Source: Lingula anatina (lineage: Eukaryota > Animalia > Brachiopoda). From it: a stretch of DNA of 64,000 nucleotides. Positions 46,401-60,021 of this stretch are shown here, one piece after another. Under the pieces are notes generated by a model that worked only from the letters and a program-made list of their open reading frames with translations, had not been told where the DNA came from and ran no database searches. The position numbers and the translations under genes were made by a program. Each line of letters opens with the position of its first letter. The first letter of the stretch is position 1. Location: positions 43,316,788 through 43,380,787 of the forward strand of contig CM120640.1 in NCBI GenBank assembly GCA_051362555.1, written 5' to 3'.

Positions 46401-47172
46401 ATGAAAAGATATGGAATGGCAATTTCTAAGAACAAAAGCATGTGTGAAGAGCTAAGTGTCTTGCGTGTTTCCACTCATGGGATAAGGTAAATGTAACCTT
46501 TTGTCAACAGACAGGTGGTATATTTCCAGAATCTGGGTAAAAACACCATTTAAATAAACAAAAGCTACATATTTTAAATTTCCGCGTAAATTAACAATAA
46601 ATGTGGGTACACAGAAACACAGCACCAGTTAAGACTCAAATATGATTATACTATGCAATGGCAGAAATGTGAGGACATCTGTGGTGGCTAAAATTCTTTA
46701 AAATATTAGAGCCCCCACTGCAGTAGGTACATGTATCAATATTGGCATATTTTTCAGGTGGTATTGTGTACTCCTGGGGCAAGGCAGCCCGTGGACGTCT
46801 GGGGAGATCTGGGGACATCACTGATATCCCACAACCCATTACTTTTACTGATCAAGACAGATTTAATGTCACATCTGTGTCATGTTGCCATGGAAATACT
46901 TTGCTAGCTACATGCCGTGAGTGATATTATAATCATCTTGATTTCAAAAGTAGCCGCACTATCTTCTGTTTGCTTGTCGCAACTCTGCTTTGTTATGAGA
47001 TTACAGGGTTTGCTTTGTTTGTTGAGCTTTAAAAAAACAGTTGAAATTCAGTACAGTGAAGAAAATTTCATAAAAGTAAGATACATAATAATTCTTATGG
47101 ACTCTTTTGCACACTATGATAAAATTGGTTTTCTTTACAGCTGTGCAGCAGCCTGGCACTCCCAGAGAATAA
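37467..47172 (+). CDS. NEK8: Serine/threonine kinase NEK8 (kinase + RCC1 repeats), ~708 aa, 17 exons
   Basis: Exons 37467-37513, 38115-38320, 38839-38894, 39097-39273, 39685-39734, 39904-39985, 40385-40593, 40854-40954, 41350-41552, 41766-41910, 42273-42349, 42641-42758, 45306-45456, 45733-45887, 46126-46284, 46758-46916, 47141-47172. [56 protein letters not shown]1 repeats (GCLGHG, GRLGLG, GQLG). Confidence 0.95.
39735..39903 (+). other. U12-type (minor spliceosome) AT-AC intron in NEK8
   Basis: Donor ATATCCTTT; branch-like ACTTTAAC about 10 nt before the terminal AC. Removal restores GGA AAA CC|A TAC AAC CAG AAG = GKPYNQK. Confidence 0.93.
42952..45053. mobile_element. Non-autonomous TTAA-flanked element (Kolobok-like), ~2.1 kb, in NEK8 intron 12
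   Basis: TTAA at 42948-42951 and 45054-45057. Imperfect TIRs GGTGGGAATGTA / TACATCCGTACC plus a subterminal TTGGTTTTTTAT motif at both ends. Accounts for most of the unusually long intron. Confidence 0.6.
43973..44247 (+). repeat. Conserved internal module, copy 2 (shared with 7777-8070)
   Basis: Co-linear, same-strand similarity to 7777-8070. Confidence 0.85.
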
Positions 47173-47946
47173 TTATGTACTCAAAGCTGCCTCTTTCACT
47201 GGGAAGTTTTTTGTTGTAGAGATGCGCCAGAGCATGAAGAATCCCATGCAAGTACCACTTGGGCAATTCCACAAAAGGGTTGCTGCAGCTATTTTAGTTC
47301 CCATGCCCCAATGCCAAATAAATAATAAAACTGCCCAGCTGCTATTGTGCAGTTATCTTTATCACAGTTCATATCTCACATTGCTGTAAATTTAGAATTT
47401 TTTAGTAGAATTGTTAGAATACCAATATTTGTCATGTGTTGCACTTTTTGCAATATGGTCAGTGCAATGCTGTTAGACAATCTACAATTTCTTACATTAC
47501 TAATGGATGAGAATGTATTGTTTACACTTAGTTCAGTGCTGCAAAGCAGTGCTTTGAAGTTATTAAGTATTCATTTAAGATGTTTATTTTAATTCTACAT
47601 ATTTAATTTTTTTTGTAATAAATTTATTTCTTTTTTGAAGTGGAGTTTTTAGAAGTCTATTTTTTTTGCAAATCATGGATTAACAAGCACTCATTATTAA
47701 TACACAAGTTTTAGTCCAAGATTTCAAAGGAGACATGCTGATAGTAGATAGAGTTTGTCTGCAAGAATTGGAAGCTGTCAAAATTCTCTGCAAACATTAA
47801 CCATTAAGTGCACATGTGGCATACTCCATAAACTGGGATCTCTGAGGAATGGTTAACCTTGTTGGAAATGTGCTTTCATTGCAGCAAGACTGGGTTGCCA
47901 CAAGTTTACTGCCAGTGTACACAAATGATACCTTTTCTGGCCTATC

Positions 47947-47983
<37 letters not shown>

Positions 47984-48332
47984 TACACACACAGCACAGA
48001 AAACGGTGTTAAGTATGTGAAACAGTGTTAAGCATGGAGCCTAATAGCCTCGGCAAAGGAATTTAAAATTGCGCTGTACAATGGGCACGGTTTTGTGTAG
48101 ATCACCGAAACTCGATATAGAGGTCAGGACAGTTATCTATACTTACAGCTGTGCACATTGGCAGAGATCAACACTGATCAGCTAATGCTACATCTTTGTT
48201 GGGCATATCGTACAAAATAATAAATTTGTTAGTCATGCATCGGCCAATATCAATCGCAGTTTTGGGCATGGGTAGAACATAGCAATACAATACATACAAG
48301 GCCCCTGGTGTATGTTTAAGGGTAGGCAATTT

Positions 48333-48548
48333 TAGACCCCATTCCCAGAGATTAGATCGATTCAACTAGATCGACCTAACTCCCTGGGGGTTCACGCTAA
48401 ATAGCTGTCAGCCAAGCAGGCACGAAAGTTAATTACCCCCTTACAGCTTATAGTAAGCAAGACGGACATTTAAGCCGGATTATCTGACAGTAATATAGTG
48501 AGACTCCCCACGGGGATAGATCGATCTAAAATCTATGGGAATGCGCCC
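48333..48548. mobile_element. MITE family A, copy 2 (inverted relative to 269-483)
   Basis: Full-length reverse complement of 269-483 with scattered substitutions; lies between the convergent NEK8 and SNRPA1 3' ends. Confidence 0.85.
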
Positions 48549-49335
48549 CAAGTTTCTGACTATGAAGAAAAACAAAAGGTTACAGTATAATGTACAAAAT
48601 TAATATTTTATTCACAATATCTGCCTCTCAAACCTATTGTTACAGACAAAATCTGTTCTTTCTTTTCTATAATGCACACAGATTTAACAAGTTTAGCTTA
48701 ACCAAGATGATCCAATTTTTATAACTCAATACTTGTAGCACTATTGTTCTTATCAGCCAATAACTGAAATGTATGAAAAAATGGTTAATACAGTTGTAAA
48801 GCATTAACAACCACTTAGCCAAGACCAGCATAGTGGAAATCTGTTCTTATCATGTGCAGAAGAGTATCTGATATAAATTGGACTTAATGGTAGTTCATTA
48901 ACCAAGGAAAGTCAGACATAATAACATTGCTACTTAATGTAACACCACCACAAGCCATAAGGCTAGACCCAGTAGTATTCAGTTCTTATCATTTGTATTT
49001 CAATTTTTTTTTTCAAATCCAGTTGGGATGGGTTGACCTGGCGTACCTAAAGTTGGTTAAAACAGAAAAATGTTCATTAAAACCCAATTTGTATGCAGTA
49101 AAATAGCAAGCTAGAGATGCTTTAGGTCTCCACTATGTTGTAAATACTTACCTGTGGAGTTGAAATAGTGCCAGGAACATTTAATTTACTTTTTTTTTAC
49201 CAAAAGCTGGCACTAATAATTTTAAATATACACATCTAAAGAAAAAATATTTAATCTACTGCATGTCAATAAATGTATAATTTTAACATAGCCGTCCAAA
49301 ATTCATCTGCCATTGTTTTATGTTCAATTCTTCTT

Positions 49336-51319
49336 TCAATTTCCATTCATTTCTGTTTCCATTTCCTCTTCCCCAAAATCTGCAAAATAAGTTTATATGC
49401 TTATAACAAGGAATCCTAAAAATAATAAGTCATCATTTAATGTATTTCTAAAAAGCTTATGACAAACAACATTTAAAATCGTACATTTCATCAACATCAA
49501 CCAGTACTATTTTAACAAACCAGACTTACCTCTCCTGAATTCTCTCCCTGGTATTTGTCCCGTTCTTAGCATTTGATTTAATCTCTCCACCTCTTCCAAT
49601 GTTGAAGCTCTGGCAATGGCAGCCTGGCCAAAATTGACAAGTATTTATTTTTTAATGTCATATACTAAATAGTTACTCTAGGACACCATCAGTATGTGTG
49701 TTCTTCTGCTGGTAATATTTGTGTACTTTAGAGCCTATCTAATTGAATACAAAGCCTGACAATGCAGTACATAATGCTGTTCAGTTGCTTCTATTTTATA
49801 AAGTGCAGACATGTGAAGCAGTGATCTTGATAAAAAGAAACCAACTGTTTTATTGTACTGACCTTAATTGCATCCACGTCTTCTTTTGAAGGACCTGTGG
49901 GTTTCTTGGTCACTTCAGGTAGCTGACCACCAGGCACAAAGGTCTTGCTCCTCTTGCCAATCTCCTTGGCTAATGCCTGACCACGCTTGCCTTTGAACAT
50001 GCGGCCTGCTGCTTCTCTTTCCTGAGTAAAAAAATGTACCCTACCATTATATAATTCCCCATGTGTACACAACTACGTAACTGTTCTAGAAGGGCAGTAA
50101 CAATCACCCATGGTCACTTTAAAACCATACAAACTATGATTGGGTTCTACTTTTTGTGATCAACTGTATTTCTAGATAGTTTAACAGGAGAATAAAATGG
50201 AATCTGTCACAACAATAGCATAGTGTCTCCAGAAAACACATCCCTAAGTTTTACATAACATGCATACTACCATTCAGACCATTTTACATATATAACAATC
50301 TTTGATTTAATATCTCACAATTTTTTTTCATAAAATGTACTTAAAAAACTTTAAACCATAACATAACCATAACATTTTCTTTCAAATCTGTTGTGCACCT
50401 TGTTGTACCACAAAATTCTTACCCTTAGACGCACTTTCTGGAAATCTAGTAATCTGATCTGTGGTAACTTGTGAATAACATATAATCTGTAGTGTTTCTT
50501 GGTTGTTACTGGATTCCTCATGAGGCTGCAAATAAATCGGACAGTGGTGCAAATAAACCAACATCCATCAAAAATTTTTTTTCGAAAGATTTTTCTAAAA
50601 TCGTTAACTTGCAGATTTTCTATCAAGACATAAATGTTTTTCTCCTTAGATAAATCTTGAAAGCAGATAAAACAAAAAAAAAAAGAAAAACTGGCCTAAC
50701 TGTCACACACATTTACATAGTAGTAACAAATGTGAGTCTACTATTCAATTACCTTAGTGTCCTGAGTGTTTTAACAGATGCCAGAGTATCCAGATCACCC
50801 AGTTCCTGGATGCTATTATTGGTCAATATCAGACTTTCTAGACTGGGTAAACATTCTTCTAAATCTTCAGCTATCCTCCTACATCAAAAAGTAAACATGA
50901 AAAGTTTGCATCTATTTCTTTCAATGAAAATTAATTTTGGGAATGCAAGCAAATATCTTGACAAAGTTTTCTGTAGAGTATAGCAACTGCATAATATGTT
51001 TTGTAAAAATTGTATGGATATCAACAACATAAACATCTATTATAAATTATGAAAAACAAATGTTCAAAAATCATGCTACTCACGCCACTCTATTGTTATT
51101 CACCAAAAGAGATTTCAGTCTTTTGAGAAGTGGAAATCCATCTAGTTTGCGGATTTCATTGTCTGACAGATCTATGGTATCAAATTGATCCTGTAAGTAA
51201 AAAAAAAAAAAAAAAACATAGAAAAAGCTAATATCTTTATGTAACACTTGAAAAAATTTGACCAATCTGTTACATAGCAATAAAAGTCAGATGCCTCAGT
51301 GTTATATTTCATTTATGTT

Positions 51320-51362
<43 letters not shown>

Positions 51363-51879
51363 AGGTAAATTCTGGGCAGATGCTATTCACTTCTGGTAAG
51401 AATAGTTAGCTTAGGTACACAAATGCAAAGTAACCACTTAGCAACTAAAAATGGTCAAAACCATGGGCATTTTTAGGGTATGTACACGCAGACAGAAAAC
51501 AGAAAATTGTGGAAAAGTTACTAATGAAGTCACAGGGGTAGATGACACCTTGAATGGCATTATATCCCGTATTTTTGCAATTCATTTGAAACTTAAATTT
51601 TCATATTTGCTTACCAAGGAAGCACCAAGATTTTCAATGACTGGAATTTTGTATCCTGGAAGAAAAACAGACAAAGAAAAGAGTGATAAACATGCAGATC
51701 TGTCTGACAGACTCACCTGAACAATCGAATACTACTTCATGTCTGGTGCAAACATTTAAAAGATGACAACTTAAGTACTTATTGCATGAGTTTCCTTTAA
51801 AAGCCGTTAAAATATTCTAGTCAACAGTACTGTAAAGTTAAATACCCAACCGTCATCTTTACACTGTCGAGTGTCTTAA

Positions 51880-51911
<32 letters not shown>

Positions 51912-52109
51912 AAATGCCTCCACTTCATGAAATAATTTATTACGTATACAAATCCATTATTGAGTAAACTATCACTTCCAATGCTTTACATGTTTCATTA
52001 TTAATCACGAAAATGTTAAATGTCTACCTCTTAAATCTAGTTCTCTGTCTCTCACTGGGTTCGTGTACTGTGCTGCTTGCTCGATCAGATCTGCCGTCAA
52101 TTTTACCAT
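49336..52109 (-). CDS. SNRPA1: U2 small nuclear ribonucleoprotein A' (U2A'), 251 aa, 8 exons
   Basis: Exons 52109-52028, 51655-51615, 51190-51084, 50878-50753, 50525-50423, 50021-49863, 49623-49530, 49379-49336. MVKLTADLIEQAAQYTNPVRDRELDLRGYKIPVIENLG, LRRs (DLSDNEIRKLDGFPLLKRL), HYRLYVIHKLPQIRLLDFQKV, ASTLEEVERL. Confidence 0.96.
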
Positions 52110-52289
52110 ATTTTAGACGTGTTTGGCGTTCTTTTAGACAAAATAAAACGGCGCTACTTTTTAAGTTTGTTCAACAATTACTTAGATAGTATTAAGATAA
52201 TCTAGACATTTTTAACTATAGAATTTTACCAAAGAAACAGCAAGCTACCAGCAAACAGAGCAGAGTACAAAAGCGTGGTGCGCGGTGGA

Positions 52290-52350
52290 AACGTCTGCAC
52301 ATGCGCAGTGCTTGAACCTTGTTCATTTAAAAAAACCAAAGATGGCGCTT
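52290..52350. promoter_or_regulatory. SNRPA1 housekeeping promoter motifs
   Basis: NRF1-like TGCACATGCGCA near 52297 and YY1-like AAGATGGCG at 52339-52347, about 200 bp upstream of the ATG. Confidence 0.45.
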
Positions 52351-52695
52351 TACAAGAAACGCCAAGATCAAATACAAAAAACCGTACATAGGCCTAGATC
52401 TCAGAGACATCCTGTCTTAAGTGATCTTACTAATACTCCTGTTCAAATATTGAATATTACATAAAGGGTACATTTGCAAGAAATAACATTCCATAGCAAC
52501 GCACTCGGCTTTAGACTAGTCAAAAGGGAGGGGGGGCTAGATCAGAAATTAAAAGTCATCTCTGGGTTTGAAATATGAGAAAACCAATTGATGGTAATTT
52601 TTTATTGGTGAATTATATGGCACTAACCCCGAAATTCAGCTTATTTAATATTTAACAATAAATGTAAAAGTTTATTTTTCCTTCTCATAAGTACA

Positions 52696-52739
<44 letters not shown>

Positions 52740-54613
52740 TACAAATATTCTTCACATAGTCCCCAAACCAGTGTACCCAAGGTAAAATAAATTGATAAAA
52801 ATGGTTGTTGTTTTGATTTTTGATTATTTGTAAAAGCATACTGGAAATTTGCAGAATTGGGGGTTGTGGTTGGAAGGTGTGTTAAGCTAATATAATGCCA
52901 AAAGCATGAAAAATATAAGTAAGTGAATTTTTGTTTAAAAAACTGGTTGTAAAGTGCAACAAACACAGCTTTAGAGTGGCATCACATAGGCCTTTATGGA
53001 AATCGCCTAATATTATAATGGCTGGAGTTTTTGTATTTTAATAGTAACCAATACTTCTAATTAAATACGCGAATTTAAAGGTCTATATGCGAGTTAGCAT
53101 TTGCAAATGTTAAAATGCTGTGCTCTGATCGGTAAAGCTTAATTGTTACTGGGGAACTCTACGAAAAAATGTATAATGATATGAATTATCTGAATTCAAC
53201 ATGTTGCGTCTCATATTCTCGACAAACAGAACAGGCTTTTTTACCCTGAGCCCCTTGTGCTTCAGAGCGGTTTTGAAATTCTAATTCAAAAAAATCTTTA
53301 CTTTCGATCCCTGTTCTATATTCCTTTTTCTGGGAGAGGAAGTTACATGAGGTTAAAACCATAAAGCGTACATTACTTGAATCTTTTCTCAATCCAGTTT
53401 CGTTGAGTCCAATAGGCCTACATGGTGCACAACAGAAAGCTCAAATAATATGGTAGGTTTTAACCTAAAATAAAATATGATAGTACATTAAATTATTAAT
53501 TAGGCAATTTAACCTTTTTACAAAACACCCAGGAGAAACAAATAAAAAAGAGAGAGAGAGAGAGAGAGAAATGTAAGAATTAAGTCAAGTCATATGCTTT
53601 CAACTATTAGGAAATACTATAAGTAGGCTACTTCGCAATGGCAGCAGTTTTAGCTCGATGTGGCGTGCGACATCATAACGACGCGCGTGCTTCATAAAAC
53701 GTCACCTGGTCATGACTGGCGTTTCCAGGGTAAGCTTATTGCTCTATGCAAAAGCGTGCTGAATTATTCATTTGAGCTATTTTTATTGCATAGAAAGAAG
53801 TAGGCCACTCGCATATAAGTGCAACGCGTGGCATTCATCGTAAACCCAATGTCAAACTGGGGTTACTTGGTTTTCGGCCTTGTGTCTCTTCCAGCTCAGC
53901 CGTCTGTTGTCTGTTGTGCATTGAGCAAGGTCGTTTTGAGCAGGTACGTGTGCAGGCCTACATTGCTTTGCCAAGATATGCAATGTATTAAGAGCGGATC
54001 AATATTAGCGTGACATCATGTTTGGCCGTTTTTGTTAGACAAACAAAGGAGTGATATTATATTTGAGATAAGCCTTTCGTTTAGCCGTTTTGTACTTTGT
54101 GAAACATCAGTCTTACGCATAGATCCTCTGACGTGATGAATAATATCTATTCTTCGACTTCCTTCCCCGTGAGTTTCAGAGGAAAGCCAAAATAGTGGAA
54201 ACCCATCTTTCTGCCATCAGCATGTCTCTGATGTCTCTTTCGGTATCGATAGCGGCATGCTGATATTGGCGAGGCGAGTTTCCACTGTCCTCAGACTTCC
54301 CGTAAATGCCACTACCCCAAAACGTGCTGTTTACATAGGCCTACCCTGAGTTGAAGTAAAAATGGGACCTACATGTAGGCTACATGTAGTCTACAAGTAC
54401 AACACCAAATTTAGGCAAACAACGCCCTACCACGCACACAAGCATTTGGGTTGATTTTTCTTTTATTTTATTTTAATTCTTTTAAAAAGAATCATAACGC
54501 ATGTACGTGTGTTTTAATTATGTCACGGCTGCCTTCCAACGATTCTCTCCACTGCGCATTTTCTAGGATAAACGAATGTGCTGCATATAGATAATACGAC
54601 AGAAAAATGAAAG

Positions 54614-56092
54614 ATGGGTGACGAAGAAAAGACCAATGATGCTCGTGATACAAATAGACACGGCAACTCCTGTTGTGGTAGCCACAGAACCTTTAAGACA
54701 CTGTTACTTTGCTCGGCGGCTGTAGGCTTAGTAAGTATATATTAAAACCCTGAAGCTGAGAACTATATTGATTTGCTTCGAATCCCATGCAAGTGCTCCA
54801 AAATCTTTATTGGTGTGTTATCAGCAGATAATTCAAAAGTGCAAGGAATAAGCGGGGTAGTGACCTAAGACCAGACGAGCTGACTGGGTGATTTCCTGCA
54901 ATTTTGTCTACTATTTTAGAGGCTCCTGATATCAGAGGGTACTTCCACAGTAATTTGTTTGAAATTTTGTAATTTGTCTTGCATGACTTCAGTGTATGGA
55001 ATATGCTTTTTAACTCTAAGAGTGAGTCTTTTCCCCTTTTCACTGCCTTTTCAGGGGCCCCACATATGCTCACCGCTCGAGGGCTCTTGCGAAAATGCTG
55101 CAGGGGAGATTTTAGTATTGTCAAACATTTTTCTGTGGGTACAAGAGTGATTTTTATGCCCCAATTTGATACCTCAAACTCTACTCAGAGCTGTAAAATT
55201 TAGACACGTAGAGAGGTTGGGAAGCAAGCACCCCCTGTAATATTGTGGAGAACACAGTAAATTTTTTTTTGGACTTTGATATATGAGTATATCTTTCCCC
55301 CTTGCCTTTTAGGGATACTGAAGTGGCGAGTGTTCCGCAGTTTTGTTTGGGACTTTTGTATGGCAAACGCTTAAATCTATCTAGGCCGAACGTTTCTATA
55401 CAAGGTTTTTGATGAATATTGAGGTCCACGAAGATCTATTTGTTTTACTGCTATCAGCTGTCATGAACCACACATTGAATAAACATGTATAACAGGACTC
55501 AACATAATTCAACTTCTTAAATGCAAATGATTGAACAAATATGGATGTTCAAGTAGCTCACGGTGTGATATGAATAAAAGCGTTTTATCCACAGGTGAAC
55601 AGAAATCTAACCGTGTTCTAGAAAAATTATGCTGGTAAATTAGAAAGAAGACTCTGACAATGAAGGTCGGGTACAGAAAACCAGTAAAAACACAACACAC
55701 ACATAAGCTAGAATACCTCAAAGCGGTATTTTCAATTACAGTATGAGTGTTTTTTTCCTGCTTTTTGCCACTATCGTAAAATTAAATGGATAACAACTGT
55801 TCGTATGGGATTAATATTTCACAGTAATAAACTCAATTTTACCATTAAAAGAGCGGTTATCTGAAATCTGTGCCTGCCCCGCGGAGTTAGTTAGAACTGC
55901 GATAGTTTCATTGTGAACGCATTCTTAAACTCTTTCCTTAAATGTCATCCACTATTGACCGTCGTTTTAGGAATCTTTGAGATTTCAATATTAGGATTTT
56001 CTGGTAAAGGGCCTATTAGCGCGAAGAAGAATTTTTCATTTTACAATTTTTTTCAGTCATTGGCTCTCTGCTAGAGGCCGACTAGTTATTTT

Positions 56093-56136
<44 letters not shown>

Positions 56137-56735
56137 TTTATCTCAATAAAGGGAGACAAGGGTGGAAATAAGATTATTGGACTCGAGCCTCCCATTTATG
56201 TAAAAAATAATTGTTTTAAAAATATTTCAATTCATTAAACTAATTATTTGATTATCATATTATTTTTAACAGGGTTTATGCGTATCTGTCCCCGGTCCAA
56301 CATTAATCGACCTGAGAAAACAAGTCCATGCCTCCCTAGAAACCGTCTCCTACATCTTCAGCGGTCGTTCCGCGGGTTATCTACTTGGATCTCTAGTTGG
56401 CGGCGTACTGTTTGACCATACGAACCACCAGTTGTTCCTCGGATTGGTTATGGCTGCGGCAGGGGTTGCGACTTTGCTGATACCTTTTGCGACAGAGATA
56501 TCTCTACTTGCGACATCCCTTGCTGTCCATGGAATAGCAATGGGATGCTTAGACACAGGTTGTTTAAATATGAACTTACTCAAGAGTTAAAGACTGTCAA
56601 ATAAACTTGTTCCATTTATTGAAAGCAATGTATCAAAACAGCACAATTCCTTGGAATATATTCCGTTCAGTTAAATACGTCTCAACGAAAATCAATTCAA
56701 TATTGCCATTATGAGCCAAAAGCTGCGCACTCGAT

Positions 56736-56766
<31 letters not shown>

Positions 56767-58053
56767 TATTTATTTATTTATTTATTTTTGTATCTGCAGT
56801 ACTTCGACCAAATATTATAATGACGATCACAGACTAGTTATCATATAATCATGAACAATATTATATCATGTGTTCCACGCCTTACAAAATTTTTTAAGAC
56901 TGACTGTTTATTTTTGTTTTTAGGCGGGAACGCCCTTTGCCTCAGTCTATGGGGAAAGAAGAGCGGGCCATACATGCAAAGTCTACATTTTGCATTTGGA
57001 ATTGGTGCCGTTTTAGCCCCTGCTATGGTCGATCCCTTGCTATCAGGAAGAAAATCTAGTTTACCACAAAATGGAACACGCTACAATACAACGTTCATTG
57101 ACGTCGTTTCTCTGGCACGGTGGCATCCTGAGGGTAATGAGACTGATACAGCCCATGTAGTACCCTATGTGTCTGGGAGGACTTATAACATTTCGTTTGA
57201 TAATATGGGCGATGATGGTAATGAGGAAGACATGTGGACGGAATCCAGAATCCAGTATGCTTTCTTCGCAATAACCACGTACTTGTTCATATGCTCGATC
57301 TTCTTTTTTGTTTCGTGTTTTCAGGACAGCGATAGCTCCACGTACAAACGGCAAGATCAGAAACGGCAATCAGATTGTTCTGATACTGCTCTGAAAACAC
57401 GGTCGCATTCTCTGCGCTTCAAGATTCCCTTCCTTTGTTTATTAATATTTTTTTATCTTTTAATAGCTGGGTTGGATATAGCCTTTGGAGCTTTTATCAC
57501 AACTTTCGCCTTTGATGTTCTTCACTGGCCTAAAGAAAAAGCGGCCAATTTATCGACAGTTTATTGGGGCTCTCTTGCCGCTGTGCGAGGTGTGTCAATA
57601 ATTGTCTCGAAATTCTTAAATTCTTCCGTAATGATTATCTCTGATCTTTTACTATTAATCACATCTCTCTTCGCTATGGTTTTTCTAATTGAAAAGTTTG
57701 AATTTGCTATGTGGATCGGTACAGCAATGTCTGGGATCGGTCTGGCATCATTATATGCTGCTGGAATATCATGGGCAGAACGGTACATACACATCTCTGG
57801 GAAAATATCTGCTCTATTTAGTATTGGTGGCGGTGCTGGTAAATTTGTCTTCCCACCCTTAATTGGACACTTTTTTCATGTTAATGGGATGTCCTTTATT
57901 TATATATGTTTAAGCTCTTCTGTCGTTAACAGTGTCCTTTATTTGGCTCTGTATTTAGCAGCGCGCTGGCGCGGCGAACGATATTTACCCGTGTCTCAGG
58001 CAGCGAAGGCGACTGTACCGGAATCTACGACGACGGCGGCGGCCTTAATATAG
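54614..58053 (+). CDS. MFS transporter, MFSD4/NaGLT1-like (sodium-dependent glucose transporter family), ~510 aa, 3 exons
   Basis: Exons 54614-54730, 56273-56558, 56924-58053. Motifs GPTLIDL, GSLVGGVLFD, MGCLDTGGN, LWG...SGPYMQSLHFAFGIGA, many TM segments. Confidence 0.9.
56735..56785. repeat. (TTTA)n microsatellite
   Basis: Tetranucleotide run in transporter intron 2. Confidence 0.9.
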
Positions 58054-59380
58054 AGTTATGTAAAAGTATTCTCGCACGCACAAAGAAGGTCAAGAATTGT
58101 AAAGCAAAATCTCTTTTTTTTTAAACTTTAGCCTGTTGTGTCCGATTTAAGAGACAAAACTAGATAAGGTCATTCAGCAGTTCCAACAGGAGAATATGAA
58201 TTGAATTTACTGACATGTACTGCAAAGTTATAACTAAGCAGCAATTATATTGAAGACTATTTATGAATTCTTTCAGTCTGTTACTGCGATTGTTAACTTA
58301 TTGTTTCAAGTCATACATTGCTGCTTTTTATAACCGCAATGCAATTATTGCCAATTCTTTTACAATCGTCTCATATAGTTTGAATGAAAGACGCTTGGTA
58401 AATTTCGTAAATAGGTTCACTTTTTGCATACTTGTGCTATTTGTGTCCTTAAATGGAGAAAAAATCTTAATGACTAGTCATATTCATCGTCATCTTAAAA
58501 ACAGCATCAGAAGCAAAGGAATAATCAACTCTACACTCGAGGGAATAAAAGCTTTAAACATGTATGGCAAATAATTTTTGTAGTCCAAATGTAATATTTA
58601 AAAAGATCAATTGTGACAGAGAAGAACAATCTGATCCAAACACAATGTAACTAAGAACTAACGCATTAAAAATGCTGTGTATTATCACAAATAATCAAAC
58701 TTTTTCCTAATGGACAAAAAGAATAAACGGAATATAATAGTGAAACTAATGATTCTTTCGTTACTTAAAACCATGTTATCACTATTTTTACTAACGTTTT
58801 AAACCACTTCTTGTTACCCCTGCTGCTGTATTATTCACCTGGGGTATCTGTCCATTTGTGCTTTTGATTTTTTTCTTAATAAATAAAACAATAAAAGTTG
58901 ATATGCAGATATCCCCGGATATAAGATCGTATTATATATGCCAAATATACATGTAAAATAATCAGTAATATTGGTAAAAGTTTAACAGAATTGGGTTTGA
59001 AGCCTAAAACTAGGATGTTTCCATTATAGGCTACCACTATTTGTGGCCTACTTCATTGTAATTTGTAATTTAAATCATTTATGTCATAGTGACAAGCCTT
59101 TAATTAATACAGTACTCTATATAATTTACACAGGTTGGCAATGGATACGAAATGAAATCTCATATGTGGGAACGCATTTTTCCAATAAAGGTAATTGATT
59201 GGAAATTTACTATATAACTATGAATGGGTGTACGGAATTGTCTACAGCGTCACCTTATTTACATCTGGTCACTAGCACCGAGTTACCTGTTCAAATATAA
59301 GGCGAGGCAATCAGAGAGAAACGAGGCGTCAAAAATTATCTAATTTGGTTGAGGATGGTTAAGAAAACTGTCCACGAATC

Positions 59381-59585
59381 CTTACAGGCTTAGAGCTGTT
59401 GTAATGAACTCTGCTCCCTGGCTAAGTGAAAAGGAAGGTAAGACCCACAATTTTAATGGGAAATATTCTCATTTTTGTGTAATTCAAAGACGTGGATTTT
59501 GGGCAAATCCAATAACCTATCCTGATAACTGATTTATCTGACATATCTTCAACCGCTGTGCGTATGTGAGCAGGACGCAATTTAG
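59381..59585 (+). pseudogene. Decayed tandem duplicate of the 5' part of the fucosyltransferase exon
   Basis: Co-linear with 59951-60145 (CTTACAG, AATGAACTCTGCTC, AGTGAAAAGGA, TCAAAGACGTGGAT, TTTATCTGACATATCTTCAA, GTGAGCAG) but with indels and no intact ORF. Confidence 0.8.
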
Positions 59586-60021
59586 GATAGAAAACATCAT
59601 AGTGGAAAAAGTAGGCAGGACAGATCAATGTATCGAAATTTATAATGGAATGAGGTTAAGTATTATAAAGTCAGTACAAAATCCTGATACACAATTCCAA
59701 TAATTGATATTCAAAGTACACTTTCATCATATATTCACCTGATAAGTTCCAGTATTGGTTGCTCTGGCTAAGAACTCTGGCTAAGAACTGCTGGTTGTAT
59801 GCTGTTAGATTTGTTAAATTGAGTTTGGAATCATTTTTTCTCAGCTCCGGGCTTTTCACACGTTAAATTACAAATAACTGTATATTATCATACCTTGATT
59901 CACATATATTGCAATTTTATTCCAGCATATGTATAGCTTGATTGAGTCGACTTACAGCTGCTGTAAATGAACTCTGCTCTGTGAGTGAAAAGGAGAGTAA
60001 GGGCTGCAATTTTAACGGAAA

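Noticed and set aside
49146-49175. AG|GTAAGT as a recursive splice site
   Set aside because: It lies downstream of the last coding exon rather than in a long intron; a 3'UTR donor is the simpler reading.
53630-53800. CpG-rich segment with a donor (AGG|GTAAGC) and a CTATGCAA/TTGCATAG inverted pair
   Set aside because: The ATG frame closes after 19 codons; it could be a non-coding exon or repeat, but the sequence alone does not support a call.
51322-56134. Long poly-A/T runs (51322-51360, 52698-52738, 56095-56134) as retroposon tails
   Set aside because: No associated element body or TSD recognised; treated as simple homopolymers.
56851-56923. ORF-track start of the 400-aa transporter ORF
   Set aside because: Intronic read-through; the real exon begins at 56924 after two upstream exons.
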